Positions 42,365-56,525 of a DNA stretch of 64,000 nucleotides are shown here, piece after piece. Below the pieces are notes generated by a model. It made no database searches and was not told the origin of the DNA. It saw nothing but the letters and a program-made list of their open reading frames with translations. The translations under genes and the position numbers were made by a program. The number at the start of each line of letters is the position of its first letter. Positions within the stretch are counted from its first letter, which is position 1. Source of the DNA: Chrysomallon squamiferum (taxonomy: Eukaryota; Animalia; Mollusca); assembly GCA_012295275.1 (NCBI GenBank), contig CM022665.1, positions 32,612,001-32,676,000 of the forward strand. Reading direction: 5' to 3'.

Positions 42365-42949
42365 GAGAAAAGTAATAAATTATAGCAGTCCATTTTTGTT
42401 TTTCAATTGCTTTATATCATTATTTCTCAGCCATTGACATTACAAAACAGAATTATGATTAAATGATGTTGGTTGAACTGCGTACATAAACATTTGATTT
42501 CCATGTCTTCCTTTATTTTCTTTTTCATTTTATTCTTTGTTTCATCCCTTTCTTTTCTTTTTCTTTCTTAAAATTGTTTCATGTTTCATTCCTTTTCAGT
42601 GTTACAATACAGTGTTGTAAATAAACTGAAAACATTGGTTCATATGACCTAACAAATCAATGGTTAAAGTGCAGAAGAAAAGATTTATTGTCAAAGAAAA
42701 TAACTGATCATAAATTTAATATGCATACTTTTATTTGTTTGTAGTTTTTTTAATGAAAAATACAACAATTATTTTATTATTAGTTTATGTAAATAATTTT
42801 CACTGCATGGAATTTTGACTCCCAAGACTGTAAATGTTTTGTTTGTTTTTAAATGCATGCTGAATGTGTAATTTCTTCAGGTGCTCTTGTACTTAAATGA
42901 ACTGCTGATGTGTTTTGTTTTTCTTTCATGTGTGTGTAGAGCCTAACCT

Positions 42950-43200
42950 TTAAGATACATAACTGATACTCATATGGTATGGCATTTGTTTTAATGTCTG
43001 AAGTTAAATCAAGATATACACAATACATTTATATGATGTAATATCTGTCAAAACATCTCTGATAATACTGTCCTCATATATAAAGCATATTTTCATGATA
43101 TGGTATCTGGTATAATATCTGGATTAAAACCAAGATACATACAGTACATTTACTTAGTATGGTATTTGGATTAATATCAAGATACACACAGTATATTTGC
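42950..43200. repeat. Degenerate tandem repeat (aagatac..cagtacattt..atggtat)
   Basis: aagata(c/t)a motif recurs about four times with matching flanks. Confidence 0.55.
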
Positions 43201-43585
43201 ATTGTATGACAAACAGAATAATGGTTGAAGCAGTGTAGTATAAAGACATTAACAAACTTGAGCATGTTAATTAACCTGTGATTAGAATCCATGAACTGGT
43301 GCTACATAACCTTTTTATTGTTTTTCTAATTGGATATTCCTTGCATTGTGGTCATGTTTACTTATCATTGCTTTGACATAAGCATTGTTGTTTTTCTTTG
43401 TTTGTAGCAGTGGTTTAATAAAATGAGACAAAATATGTCCTTTTTTTGTTGTAAAAGCTGTTCACATATGTGACAGTATTGTTGTCAGTACAAGTTACTA
43501 CTGGCAGTATAAAACAAGGAAATGGTTCACTATAGCCTATATTTGGACCCAAGGTTAAAAAACCTGTTTTATTTCATAAGTAAAC

Positions 43586-43775
43586 TATAATTGTCACAGT
43601 TTTCACTTCACTGTGACTATAGTAACCATTTTTATGTCACTTAAACTAAGTGGTAGTTGTCCCAGTCTTCAGTTCACTGTGACTAGTGATCATTTTTATC
43701 AGTAGTCACTATATACTGAGTACAGCTGTAGTTGTCCCAGTCTTCAGTTCACTGTGGCTGATCACTTTTATCAAT
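43586..43775. repeat. Three ~70-bp tandem copies (gttgtcccagtcttcagttcactgtg..)
   Basis: Copies start near 43586, 43653 and 43728. Confidence 0.85.
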
Positions 43776-44071
43776 AACAAATCATTGATTAATGCCAGGA
43801 TATGGTCTGATTTTACCATTGTTCTCAAATGGCTGTATCTACCTTAAGTGTTAATGTGTTCAAAATAACCAGTCTAATACAGTGGCCAACAGAAATAACT
43901 TTAAAAGGTATAAAAAGTATCAATATATTCTGGATAAAGTAATAATATGGCCTTTAGGAATAACTAATAAGAAGCAGCTGAGTCCTAGAAATAGATAATC
44001 ATATGTGGAAACTCCACTCATGGTTACAAGATTCTTTAAATATATTTTGAATAATATGGAATGTTACTGAT

Positions 44072-44109
44072 AGTGAAGCATTATGTCTGCAGTGAAGCAT
44101 TATGTCTGC
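44072..44109. repeat. Perfect 19-bp tandem duplication agtgaagcattatgtctgc x2
   Basis: Read directly. Confidence 0.95.
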
Positions 44110-45229
44110 TGTAGGTATCAGTATTAACTGTCAAAAAATTCTTTTACAGATCACTGGACTTGTTATCCAAAAAACAAATTCTTGATTTATGGTTTTAGTT
44201 GTAAAACATTTTAAATTAATGGTTGAACAATTTTATTATTATTATTTTGTATATTTCTTTGTTGTTATTATTATTATTTTTTTTAACCAAACTTTAATTT
44301 TCGGTTATTGGTAATGGTAAGGAATGACAATGTGTAATATTGCATTAGATAGAAACAGTTTTTCAGGATTGTACAATTCTCAGATACTGTGCTTAGTCCA
44401 AATAACTTTTATGGATCATATAAAAAAATACATTTTGTTTTTTTTAAATCTGTCATGTTTTCATAAAATGGTTGTCATGTTTCCAGAATTCTTTTTTCTT
44501 TTTTCTTTTTTTTTCACAGATTCTTTCTAAACAGTTAATTTTATACCTGTTTTTCTCTATACTTAGATTTTTTATTTAATACTGAGACTCATTCAGTGAT
44601 TGGAATTAAAAAACATACTGAAGACAAAATAACATGAAACTCAAGAAATATGTTTAGATTATTTAAGTGTTAAAATAAAGGAATGCATTTGTTACTGAAA
44701 GAGGGAGAATGTTTATGTAACTTTAGATTTTTCAAAGTCTGCATTTGTATTTATGTTTTAAAGTGGATAAACCTGTATATAGTAGTTTTGTTATTTATGA
44801 AGAATGTTTTCATTCACACATGTGAAATAAGGTACATACATATTCAGTGAAATGTCTTTAAACAGCATGCCAAGAAATCTTTGAAAAATGACAGAATACA
44901 TTGTTCGTGGCCAATTTCATGATTAATTTATTTCTTTACGGGCTGTGAAATGAACAAATGACATGTTCGCTTGTCAAATGACACTCATTCCATGCTGCTG
45001 GGTTTATACACTTTTTACAAACATTTTTGCAAACCTGTACAGGACAGGTGGGCTTCGACAAATGCCATCAAAACACAAATGCTGGTATTCAATGGCAGTG
45101 TGTGTGTGTGAGATAAGTAAGTTAATAGATGTTCACATGACTACTACAGTTGATAATTTATACCAAGTGACAAATTTCTATGTTTGTTCCTATTTTTATA
45201 CACCCCATATTCAGTAGAAGATTGTAAAA

Positions 45230-45257
45230 ATGAAACTAGATTATGGACATTACATTG
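45230..45257 (+). CDS. Candidate alternative first coding exon (MKLDYGHYI + G, phase 1)
   Basis: TAG at 45215-17, A-rich context aaaaATG, 9 codons + G|GTGAGT; in frame with the 51055 exon. Confidence 0.35.
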
Positions 45258-46342
45258 GTGAGTGAATTTTACATTAGTTGAAGAACACAGTTGTAGATTG
45301 CCAATTTTGGAGGATGCCCGTGTTGAAATAAAATATATAAACAATAAATTTTAGAAACCTTTCTTCTCCATAGAAGTGTCAGTTTTCATTTAATCATTAC
45401 AGCGTGGTTGGTATCAGGTTTTTTTAAAATGTTAAAATATTTAGTTTTGCACAAAAATGAGGTAAACACCTTACAGAAATAAAGTGATAAAGAATTCAAA
45501 AGATACGAAATTATAGCATATATCAGTAATTAAATAGGCACAAAAATATTTTTTATTAAAAGAAGTAATAATTTAAATAATAATAATAAATAAATAAATA
45601 AAAAGTTGTGGAGAATTAAAACTGAAGCTAATTCCATAACACTGCTTTGGGTTTGTGTATAAGTACATTAAAATAATAAATTAGAGGACACACTTAACTT
45701 GTGACTCAAGCTGTATTTCACCCATAATTGTTAAAACTGTTATTGACTTTTGCTTATTGGGTGAGTCAGCCCAGCTGTGTTCTGTTCTTAATGAAAGAAC
45801 CAGCTGTTGTGTGGTGATCATGTACTTGTATGTCCATCCACTTCTCTCCATGTCCATTCACAATGACCAGGTGATTACATTGATTGTAGTGTCCAAACTG
45901 AATGTTGTTCTCACAATGAATTCTAATAAGTAAATTCCTCATAATAAAAAATAGTAATAACAATAATAATTATTATTATCACAAATAGAGATCAAATGTA
46001 ATCTCTTCATATCTGTTCTTATTAACTTTATAATCTTTTATTTGTGTTCTCAGACAGATATGGTGTATAGAATACATATTTTCCTACATAATATTGTTAA
46101 AGAAAAATTCAAAATTGATAGTACAGGCGACAGTCGGTTTATCAAGCCATGAGAAAATTGAGAATGTTTTTGTACTTCTCAATATATTCATTTTTCATTT
46201 TGATCAGAGATAATCCTTCTTTAGATGAATTTTTAATTTTTTTTTTTTTTTTTTAAATACATCTTTAAAGTAAATTGAAGCACTCGCATTTACAGGATCA
46301 GTGAATTTTGTATAGTTTTTTCATTTTTGTCTACATTTTATA

Positions 46343-46487
46343 AAATGTAACTGAAAAAATGAAATAGATACTTCGGTCACAAAATAGATATCAGGGTTTA
46401 AATATAAAATGTTAGATAGTTAAAAACTAGTTACAAATGTAACTGAAAAAGTGAAATAGATACCTAGGTCACAAATTGATATCAAAG
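46343..46487. repeat. ~50-bp direct repeat, two copies about 93 bp apart
   Basis: aaatgtaactgaaaaa(a/g)tgaaatagatac..ggtcacaaa at about 46343 and 46436. Confidence 0.85.
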
Positions 46488-47054
46488 CTCACATGGGAAA
46501 GACTTGACCTTATAACAGTCTCTCTGTTCAGGTATGTAGAGCATTAAATGTCATGTCTCAGTAATCTTCACAGACCTGTCAGAAATGGTAAAAATGCTTA
46601 AGCTGTTCAAGTTTCCAGGTGAAAAAAACAAAACAAAAACACAAACATATTGTTTTTATTTTTATTAGTCTTTCTCAAAAATCTTTTTTGCTCTATATTT
46701 TAAAATATAAAATTAAATTAAAAAATGACTTTCAGATTGCTAAATGTTTTGTGAAACTGAGAGATCACCCACCTGTCTCTTAGGAATTACAGGTTAAAAA
46801 AATAAATGAATATTTGATTAACAACAGCCCAACATGTATCTACATTAAACATTATTAACTTCCCTGTTATAATTTTTTATATTTTTTATATATATATATT
46901 TTTTTAAATTAATAATAATAATAATAATAAATATGTTGTTGTTGTTTCATTTTTATTATTTTTTAATATATTTTACATTTTTAAAAATATTTTTAAAGCT
47001 GTTTTTTTAATTTTTGTTTGCTTTTGAATCATGATACAAGAAAGGAAAGCAGCT

Positions 47055-47200
47055 ACCATTACATTCATGTTGATTAGCAGCAAGTGCCTTTTAAATACAC
47101 CTCAAAGACAGAAGAGCACATGCAGTATAACCTTTGACAATTCCACCATGGAGCACTGGCTGGAATGGGAAAATAGACCACTAAAGAAGATTGATTCAGC
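47055..47200 (-). mobile_element. Decayed SINE-like repeat, family A
   Basis: attagcagcaag (47073) and gcactggctggaatgggaaaa (47153) are reverse complements of family A motifs. Confidence 0.6.
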
Positions 47201-47734
47201 ACATTCGGAATTATAGCTCTGATAAATCCATAAAAACTGATAACAATTAGTATGAAAGTATTAGATTTCATGTCTAATCTACGTATAAACACACACACAT
47301 ACGCACACACACACACATAATGAAGAGAAAGAAGGAAAATACAAATATTAAATATTAATAAAAATAATAAACAATGAAACAAGGTTTTTTTTTCAGTTTT
47401 TTTTTTCATTATGACAGTAAGAGGTAAAATAATAAGAAATGGAGTGAGAGACAGTGGTTATTAGAGGTAGACAGTTATAATTTACAGGTGGTTATGCTAC
47501 AAGTGGTCTTAAATCCAGGTATGACATTAACTGCATGACTATGTTGTTAATCCATGTATATAGATCTTTAAAGAATCTAATGGTTGTGTAAAATAGGTGC
47601 AGAAATAAGATTTTTGAAAAATAATTTTCAAAAATACTGAAATAGATTCTTAATAACATAATATTATGTAAATAAGTATTCGATCACAACTATATATATT
47701 TTTTCTATTATTGACTGAATGATTGATTTATCAT

Positions 47735-47840
47735 CTTATTTTCCCATTCCAACCATTGTTATGTGACAAGTTAATAAACATTTTGAATGTGCTTTCTGGA
47801 AGGAACAGTTAAAAGATATTTTGCTGCTAATTAATGAGAA
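47735..47840 (+). mobile_element. Decayed SINE-like repeat, family A
   Basis: ttttcccattccaaccattg (47739) and ttgctgctaatt (47821). Confidence 0.55.
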
Positions 47841-50124
47841 AAGATATCAGAACATTTTTGAAATCATAACAGTAATAAAATACAGAAGTTAAACATGTTC
47901 TGAGTCATAAAAACATAATAATTTTAAAATACATGATAGTATTGTTAAAACACTGATTCACTGTGGAATGTGTAATATTGATGGTATTCAGTGCATGCAG
48001 CAATAGATCATTCTTTGTTTGTAACATAATGACAGAATCTGTTATCAGATGGAATGTATCAGGCTGTGAGATGAAAGACAAGTATTAAACAAACAAGTGT
48101 ATTAAACCCTGGCTAATTGCAGTCAGTTTTAGTTTGGTTGTTTCAGAAAAATGTTGTTTTTCATATAAAAGTTTTAATATTCCTAATATTTTGTGAAAGT
48201 TTTAAGAATCTGCTTTGCTCTAAAGATATTAGTTGGAATCTGAAATGAAAATTTGATCCTATATTGCAATGAAAGTTTAGAAAATTTAGAATCTATTTTG
48301 AAGGCTTTAATATTCCTAAACTGCTCGGGAAATTTTATATATTCTTTGGCGTGACTTTTCTGCCATATGTGCTTTTTAGGTTAATAATATGGAAAAATGG
48401 TTTTAACTTATGGTTATTTTAACATCTTTTTCTCATGTGTTTGATGGAAGACATTTTCATATTCCTTTGGAATTTATGCCATCAAATGGACATATTAAAG
48501 AGAAACAACATTTTGCAGATCTATTTAGTTGTGCAAGATGAAACTATAAGGAAGGAAAAGATACTATCAGCAGATTCACCGAAAACTTATAAAAAGAATC
48601 ATATTATTGATCAAACTGAGTTGACTGTCAAAAGAAAACTTAAAAATCACATAATTAGTTAAGTCCAGTATACAGAGGAGGTTGTTTGAATATGTACATG
48701 AGTTTAAATTCTTTTTATAAAATTTATTTAAAAAAAAAAAAAACATTAACACCGGATAAGATTTGAATTCCTTTACCAAGTTAAAATCTATTAAAAACAT
48801 TAAATTAATAATAATTATTATTATTATAATTATAAATAAAATAAATAAATAAATAAATAAAATAAAATAAAATAAAATATACTTAACAAAATCAGTTTCA
48901 ATAATAAAATATACCAGTACCAAAACAAGTAAAATATTTGCATAATAAGTTCTAAATAACAAAATAACAAAAAAAAAAATTTCAACAGTATTTCAACATG
49001 AAGTTTGAATTACCTGAACGAGTTAAAATCTACAAGATGAGAATCCACAAAAAGAGAAAACTAAACATGACAACACAAATTCACAGCTCAGTAGAAAACA
49101 TGAAGATGAAAGTGTTCAGTAAGTACTGGATTACTGTATGATAATAAGCAGTGAAGTATTATAAAAGAGATTAACACAGTGTACATATTACATAGAACTT
49201 TGTCTTTGTCTAAAATTAGCATTTTTCAAATGTGTTAAATAATTATATATTATATCAGATTGAATTCAAAAGCAGTTTAACTTATTTTTTAAGAGACTAA
49301 ATAACTGAATCTGTTCTGAGCTTAGAAAGCCACTTTTAAAAAAACCCCACAACATCTGTAAATTTAATAATAATATAATAAACAAATAAACAACTGTGTA
49401 ATTATTTTACAACCTCAAGACATTTTTTACCAATTTAGAACCTTACCTTCCTTGAATATAACTAGACTATTAGTTTTCAGAAAAGGACTGATATCTAACA
49501 AATGATCCAAATATTAATTAATAAATATTAATTTAATCTTCCAAAGAAGTAAAACATCAAACTAACTGTAATCGTTTTATGTCCTATAAATGCTTATAAA
49601 CTCTACATTTTTCAGATGATTTGTATGTGCACACATACACAAACACAAACACATACACACTTGTTAAATTTTGTTTACTGTGTCACTTTGCTAAAGGAAA
49701 CCAGTTAAATAAACATAACTTTTCCATTAAACAAACCCAGCATCTAATTCTGTTCCAGATTAGTTGTAAACAACCCTTTCATTATATTTAACAAGAAATA
49801 TTACTTTGTAAGTTAATTAAACACAGGACAGGGTGTCTATCACCTGAAATATTATTGATTGACAATGCTAATTGCCTACAGTTATATACCTCTTGTGTCA
49901 GTTGAAATGTAGTCCAGGTAAACTGTTGTTGATTCTGATGTACACTGCAGACAGGAATTGATTTCTTTTATGATGAAGAGAAATGATCAACACATAAAAT
50001 ATGGAAATTGATTATTTTGATTTTAGTTTTTGCAGAGATTGATTTGTGTGTATGTTGTAATAACAAAAACTTTTTGTTTAATCACCTATGTTGAAATGAT
50101 TGAAGTTATTGTTGTTTTGCAAAA

Positions 50125-50125
<1 letters not shown>

Positions 50126-50178
<53 letters not shown>

Positions 50179-50212
50179 TATAATAATAATAACAATAATA
50201 ACAATAATAATT
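50126..50212. repeat. (AAT)n microsatellite
   Basis: Read directly; explains the poly-Ile ORF 50030..50218. Confidence 0.95.
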
Positions 50213-51054
50213 AATTAATAAATAAGTAAAAAAGGCATTTAAAAAACAAAATGACAAAAAAATACTTTAGGCTACAATTTATTTCACTGTTCAACATTTT
50301 TACTATATTCTTTACTGTATTTTTATATTATATTATTTTTTATTTCTTTATTTTGTTACGAACAAGTTCATGCCAAGGTAGGTAATATTATACAGTGTGA
50401 TTATCACTTGTATATTGTAATAAACTTCATTTTTTTTTCATATATGCATTTATATTAATCAGTTTATTCAGTTTATTTATTTATTTATATTTATATTCAG
50501 TATAACCTGAATTACAATTGTTAAAATTACTGTTATAATAATTAACAGAGATTTATCTATTTTGCCATAGCAAATTTCAGGCTATTTCAGATTTTATGAT
50601 TTTTAGTGGATTGTATGACAAGAATACTTTGTAGCATATCAGCAGTTTTAAATCAGATTTTTATCTTTTGTTGAATGTATTGAATTCATGTTCTATTCTT
50701 AATGATATCAGTTGTTTATTTTTAGAGCTGTTTTTCTTGTTTTCTATTTAGCATCTGTTTATGTAATGTTATGTTGTGATAAATTTCTGTATTTGATATC
50801 ACTGTATTAAACTGTTTAGCTATAGCAGTACATAAGTTGATCTTGTTCTGTTAAAATTCAGTAACTAAAATTATTTTATTAAACTGTTTTGTGTACATTC
50901 TTATGTATTTAACAATTACAAAACAACATTATCTCTTTGACAATAGCAGTTTGTAATTCTATATCTTCTTTTTTTTATGAATAGTAATTGATATTTTTGT
51001 GATGTTGAATATTAAAATTCTTTATTTAATGCAGTTAAACTGTTTATTTTACAG

Positions 51055-51200
51055 AAATGCCCACACCTTCAACTCCTGCCGGTCATATTCCTGTCGGTGC
51101 TCTGGCTCTAACAGAGAAGCTAAGGTTTGCAGCCAGCAGTGGACAGCTAGACAAAGTACAGGAACTGATACAGGCAGGAGCAGGATTTGAACCAGATAAG
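51055..51200 (+). CDS. ANKRD6: Common coding exon of an ankyrin repeat domain-containing protein 6 (Diversin/Diego)-like gene; first ankyrin repeat
   Basis: Acceptor ttttacag|, ATG at 51057, MPTPSTPAGHIPVGALALTEKLRFAASSGQLDKVQELIQAGAGFEPDK, donor AAG|GTAAAG (phase 0). Resembles the vertebrate ANKRD6 N-terminus as I recall it ([32 protein letters not shown]). Too short for the ORF track. Confidence 0.8.
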
Positions 51201-53139
51201 GTAAAGAAAATAAACTGAATGAATGAGTAGTAATGAGACCATAATGTTTCATTATTAATGATTACCAGTGGACCAGGTGTAAATTTTTTTGTATGACAAC
51301 CATAACAAGTGATCTTTTGATCCTAAGATAGGTTGCTAAAGCAAATAAACAATAACTATGAAGTGTGTGTATGTGTGTGTGCATTTTGAAAGTTACATTC
51401 AACACAAGTTGCTGCCTCCTTTTTTCAGAAATTGTGTCGAAATGTACTGAAATGTGAACAGACTAAAATAAATACAAGTAGATATCAATAGGTATATTCT
51501 TATGTGATTAAATGAATGCCAATTTTTTTTATTATTTTTTTTTGTAAATAAAAAATGCGACAGTTAAAAACATTAACAGTCAAGTATCAAACATAGGATT
51601 CTTAAATTGGTCATTATTGCTGCAGAAAAGAGTTTTATTTCATAAGGCTTTGAACTCAGAATTTAATAATGAATCAAAATTATTTTTAAAATCTTATTTG
51701 ACTTTCATTTAAATCTTTCTTTAATTATTGACTGCTATTTTTATTTCTTTATTTTTTCCTCTATAATTATGGAATGACAAGTAAAAAAAACAAAAAGCTA
51801 TTGAGACAATTACTAGCATTGGGTGGGGGGAAGCTTTACCATTTCTCTGTACATAATCAAGGTTTATGAGATAACTGTTATGAGATATTTTAAAAACTAA
51901 AATCAGATAGAATATCTTTGAAAATAAAGATAAGTTTTAAACAGGAGTTTTGAATTATCTTCAGGTCACGTATTTGACCAGGAACAATACTACACAAAAT
52001 GTAAACTTAAGTTGTCATGTCAAAATATTATTTGTGGAATCATATATTTGAAGATTAAACCCAAATGAGCAAATATGTATTGAAAAAAGAAATTAAAAAA
52101 CAAAACAAAAAAACACAAGACATCTCCTCCAAAAGCAGTGATAATGTGTAACTACAAGCTCAAGTCAACTAACTTGAACAGACTTTTGTGTACTTATTAC
52201 ACAACTCTCTGTTTAACTTGTGGATTTCACCAGATCCATCAAGGTTATTAAGTGTTCCTTCTATATACATGGACAACAGCATTACATAGTCATGGCAGTC
52301 CTCTTAGACACTTTTCTGCAGAATCAAATATATAAGAATTTCTTCTGTACACGCAGAGCAAAGAATAGACAGTTGTGGCAGTCCTCACAGCAGAATCAAA
52401 TAAATATATGCTCAGGGGTTATTTTATTTCATTTAAAATGTTTTTATTATTGTTCTTTAGCATACAGAGCTATGTTGCACTACCATCCTAAGACAGGATG
52501 AGAGAACTTTGTACAGCTATTGTTCATTATCCCACACCTCAAAAACAACCATTGCTGGGTTTGTTTTTCCTTCCACGTTCAAACCAATCTAGTTAATTAG
52601 AACAAATTAGAAAGTGTAAATTATTCAGTAATCTTTGAAAAAAACAACACCTACAATTTAAAAAAACAATTACCTGTGTTTTATCACTAATATGAAGTTT
52701 GTTTGTAAAGAACTGTTCCAGTTACATGTAAAGATGTGTGAAAGTTGGCAGCCTGGTTAAAAGAATTAGAATAAATAATATTTAAATCAGATAATGGACA
52801 GAAAGAAATACAGATGTTAATACATTTATTATTATTTTTTTTTTTTGGAGGAGAATTTTCTTCTTTTTTTAAAATCTGTTTTGCATCTTGTTACTTTTAA
52901 ATTATTGTTTATATTATTAGATAATAAAATTTATAAGTCAGAAAAATAAAGTAAAACAATAGTAATAATAAGATGGTTATGATCGTGATCATGATAATAA
53001 TAATAATAAGATGAAATCCATGAATAATTTAACACCTACTGAAAAGGATTAGATGTAAAAATGTATAGACATGGCAAGCTGAAACCATTAAAAATTTATA
53101 TGAGCTGAACATTTTATAAGAAGCAGTTCACATTTTTTA

Positions 53140-53490
53140 ATATATTTACTTTCACTGAAGTTTCATATAGATATGACTTAGGCGCTGTTTTCTAGGAGCA
53201 ACATTGTGTGACCAAGATAAGTTATGTGATGAGGTTTAGTTACAGAGAAGTAAGCTTGTAGAAAATGTATGCTGAATGTGTTACAGGAATCAGTTGACAT
53301 ATGAACAATGTTTAGAAGCCTGGGTTGTTTGACTAAGATGACACTAATGAAATATGTTAAGAATTAATTAGAGAAAGTAAAGATTGTAGTGATCTTATAT
53401 TTCTCAGTTAGCTTTGGGTAGTTAACAATAGAGATTTGAACCAGATACCTACCAGTGTTGAGATCAAAGGTTATTTCTGTTACACTATGC
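53140..53490 (-). mobile_element. Decayed second SINE-like repeat (family B, tRNA-like head)
   Basis: tttgaaccagatacctaccag looks like a reverse-complemented B-box/tRNA-type head; the family assignment is from memory of gastropod SINEs. Confidence 0.35.
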
Positions 53491-54649
53491 AATTTTGTCT
53501 TACATTTCTAGCATTATTATTAATTGTTTGTCAACTTGGGCTTGTTGCAGTATCAGAAAATACACAGTTTATGAGTGTTATTACTCCAAATAACAATATA
53601 ATTTAAAAATACTGTTTAATCCTATTAAATAAAGTTAACATTGTGCTTGGGATTGTGCATGTACTCGGTGGTGAAATGATTGATAATTTCATATTTAGCC
53701 TGCCATTTCAAATTATTTAAACCTTCATATTAGAAATTTCACATTTAAAAATTTGTTTAAATTTATTATACCCTTTGCATGTATAATCATATTTACACAA
53801 TGACTGTCACGTTAGCCTCTGTTGAAATTTATTACTTTACCACCTTGAATCAGAAAACCTGGTACAAAACAATTTTGTATGTTAATATACACTTTGAGGT
53901 TTTTATAAAACACATTTGAATTTTAAGAACATAATTGATTTTCAAGAAGCACATAACAGAAATAAGAACTGAGAAGGAATAACGAAACACAAAAGAGTAA
54001 TTGAAGGAAATGGGTGAAGAAATTATTACTTTCAAATAAAGAAATAATTATTTATAATATGTATTTATTTATTTTACACATGTGGGGGTCAATGAGATAT
54101 CAAGGATTTCATAAAATGTTTGCTGACCCCTGCTCTAAACACTGAAGATTTCAGTGAAATAATTTTAATATTTTAAATATATTAGTTTTTATAAATTTGT
54201 TAAAATTTAATGTTTCTGTGAAATGCTCCACTGTTACAGAATATTACAGAAACATTCATTTTTAATGTTTTTCTAAGCACATAATGCTTTATAGAAATTA
54301 TATTCAATTTGAATGATAATCTATAATCAAAATAATAATTTCAGTTTGTTTAGTATTAAGCAACTGTGTGGCAATAGGTTTGTGTAAATATTGTTTTGTA
54401 TAATGTAGTATAATAAACTGCAATCTGGTGTGACAGAATATGATTTCTTATAGAGCAGTATTGTATAACAAACTATTATATAACATAGTATTGTAGCTAT
54501 GCAGATTGATATGACATAGAAATATATTAAATGAATATAAAGTCTAAATTATTTTTCAGATTTAGTAACAAATAAATAACAAACCATTCCGTATCTGATT
54601 TAACATTAAATGTTTTATTATGAATTTTTTTTAATATAATGATCATGAG

Positions 54650-54745
54650 CTATTCTTATCTGTTAGCAGGAAAAAAAAATTTATGTGTGTTCCCATGGAC
54701 AAGAAAATACATACCATAGTATTTAATAAACCATTTGTGGATCAG
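54650..54745 (-). mobile_element. Decayed SINE-like repeat, family A fragment
   Basis: gttagcagg..ttcccatggacaag..acataccatag..taataaacca..tgtggatca is collinear with the 47055-47200 copy. Confidence 0.4.
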
Positions 54746-56414
54746 TTTTAAGCTATAATACCAAATGACTTGGACATGGATTGTAAAATGATAATGAACA
54801 ATGTGTAGTATATATGGTATTGCGATTTAATGTATGTTTAAAAAAAAAAAAAAAAAATGAAGAAACTGTTTATAACAAGGAGTTGTTTGATTGGGTGTTT
54901 TTTGGTGGAGGGAGGTACAGTATAATTAGAAACAAGTAAACAAACAAGCCAAAAAAATTAAAAAAGTTGTCACTGCAGTTATGCAGTTGAGAAAAGAGCG
55001 TGAGTCATTACACTGTGATTCTGTTTCACTGAAGTGTCCTCTGTGTCTTTTTAACATAGCACTGTTATAACTTAGCTATAACATGACATACTTGTTATCA
55101 TCTACACAGATACTGTTATATCACACTTGTTATTACCTGTACAGATGTGAAGTTAGCTATCTCCAACAACAGAATGTCGAGAAAGGCTATCATCAAAGTA
55201 TTCCCAACATCTGTTGCAACCATTGTGCATTTTATGTATAAATGTGTCACAGCTATATAGACCATACCTTACAAACACATGCTTTGAATTTTAAAATGTT
55301 TATTTAGAACAGCAAATACACTGTTACTTTTGATACATGCAGAAGTTAAAGAAGGTTACGAATTGCATACAAAAATGCATTTAATATCACTTATATCAAT
55401 TTTCATTTTACCTTTTCAATATCTTTAATGATCACTCTAACAGTGACAGTTTTCATTTCCTGTGTATCCATAGTATCAAAATACACTGAACTAAACAGAA
55501 TCTCTGGTGTACTGAATCATGTTTTCATGGAATCAATACCAGTATGATGTCTGGGTATTGTTTACTTTATGAGATGGTCATAAATGCACACAGGTCCTGA
55601 AGAAGTTAAGCTACTTTTAAAGTAAATGTTTAATGTATTTTTAAAATATTCCAATCTTGAAATGTGTAACATTCCTGTTATTTTTGGTGTACACATTATT
55701 ATCAGGAATTAGTTAATTAAATAACTATCAATGAAATATCTAAAATGTTATGGTTTTCTGTTCTCCTGTCAGATTATTTATTTGTTATTATTATTATTTG
55801 TTTTAATTTATTCTGCTTCAGTCTCTTAAGAAAAAAAAAAAAAATAATAATAATAATTTTGTAACCCCCAAAATTATATGAAAGGAACAAAATCCAAGAA
55901 TATTTTATATATATATTACATATGCTGTTTTGTAGCATAATCTTTCATCATATGTTGTATGTCATTAAACTGTCTTGTCTATGTCATGAGCCAACTTGTT
56001 AGTACTGGTTACAGTCATTTAGATGTAGGTAAACATGACAGGTACAAGTCTGCAGACAGACAGTGAAGACAGAATGATCATTAGTTTGGCATATCTCACA
56101 TCATGAAACCTGCACTAAGTGACAGAGTGAACAGTGGTCTCTTGCAAATCAGATGAGCTAATCAGTTTACTTGGGACTGGTATTTCAGGTAGATATTTTC
56201 CATGAGAAAATCTCTACATTTGATGGTAATAATAATGACAATGATGATATTTGTAATAGTAATAATAGTAATGCATCATTTATTGACAGCTATAGCTATA
56301 GGTTTTGCTGTGTCTTATGGGGTAGGCTTAGTGTGAGTTTTGGTTTTAAATATTTCTTCTTTAAAGTCATCTTACTGATTTTTATAATGTTCTTGATATT
56401 AACCTTCATATGGT

Positions 56415-56446
<32 letters not shown>

Positions 56447-56494
56447 CTAGAACAATATAATACTGAGGCTAATTATATATATGCATGTATGTAT

Positions 56495-56525
56495 GTTGTG
56501 AAGCAGTGGTTGGAATGGGAAAACA
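56495..56525 (-). mobile_element. Short SINE-like family A fragment
   Basis: cagtggttggaatgggaaaa at 56504-56523 (WLEWE motif). Confidence 0.45.

Noticed and set aside
54085-54140. hAT-like terminus (tttgctgacccctg followed by ctctaaac)
   Set aside because: No partner end or matching 8-bp TSD found.
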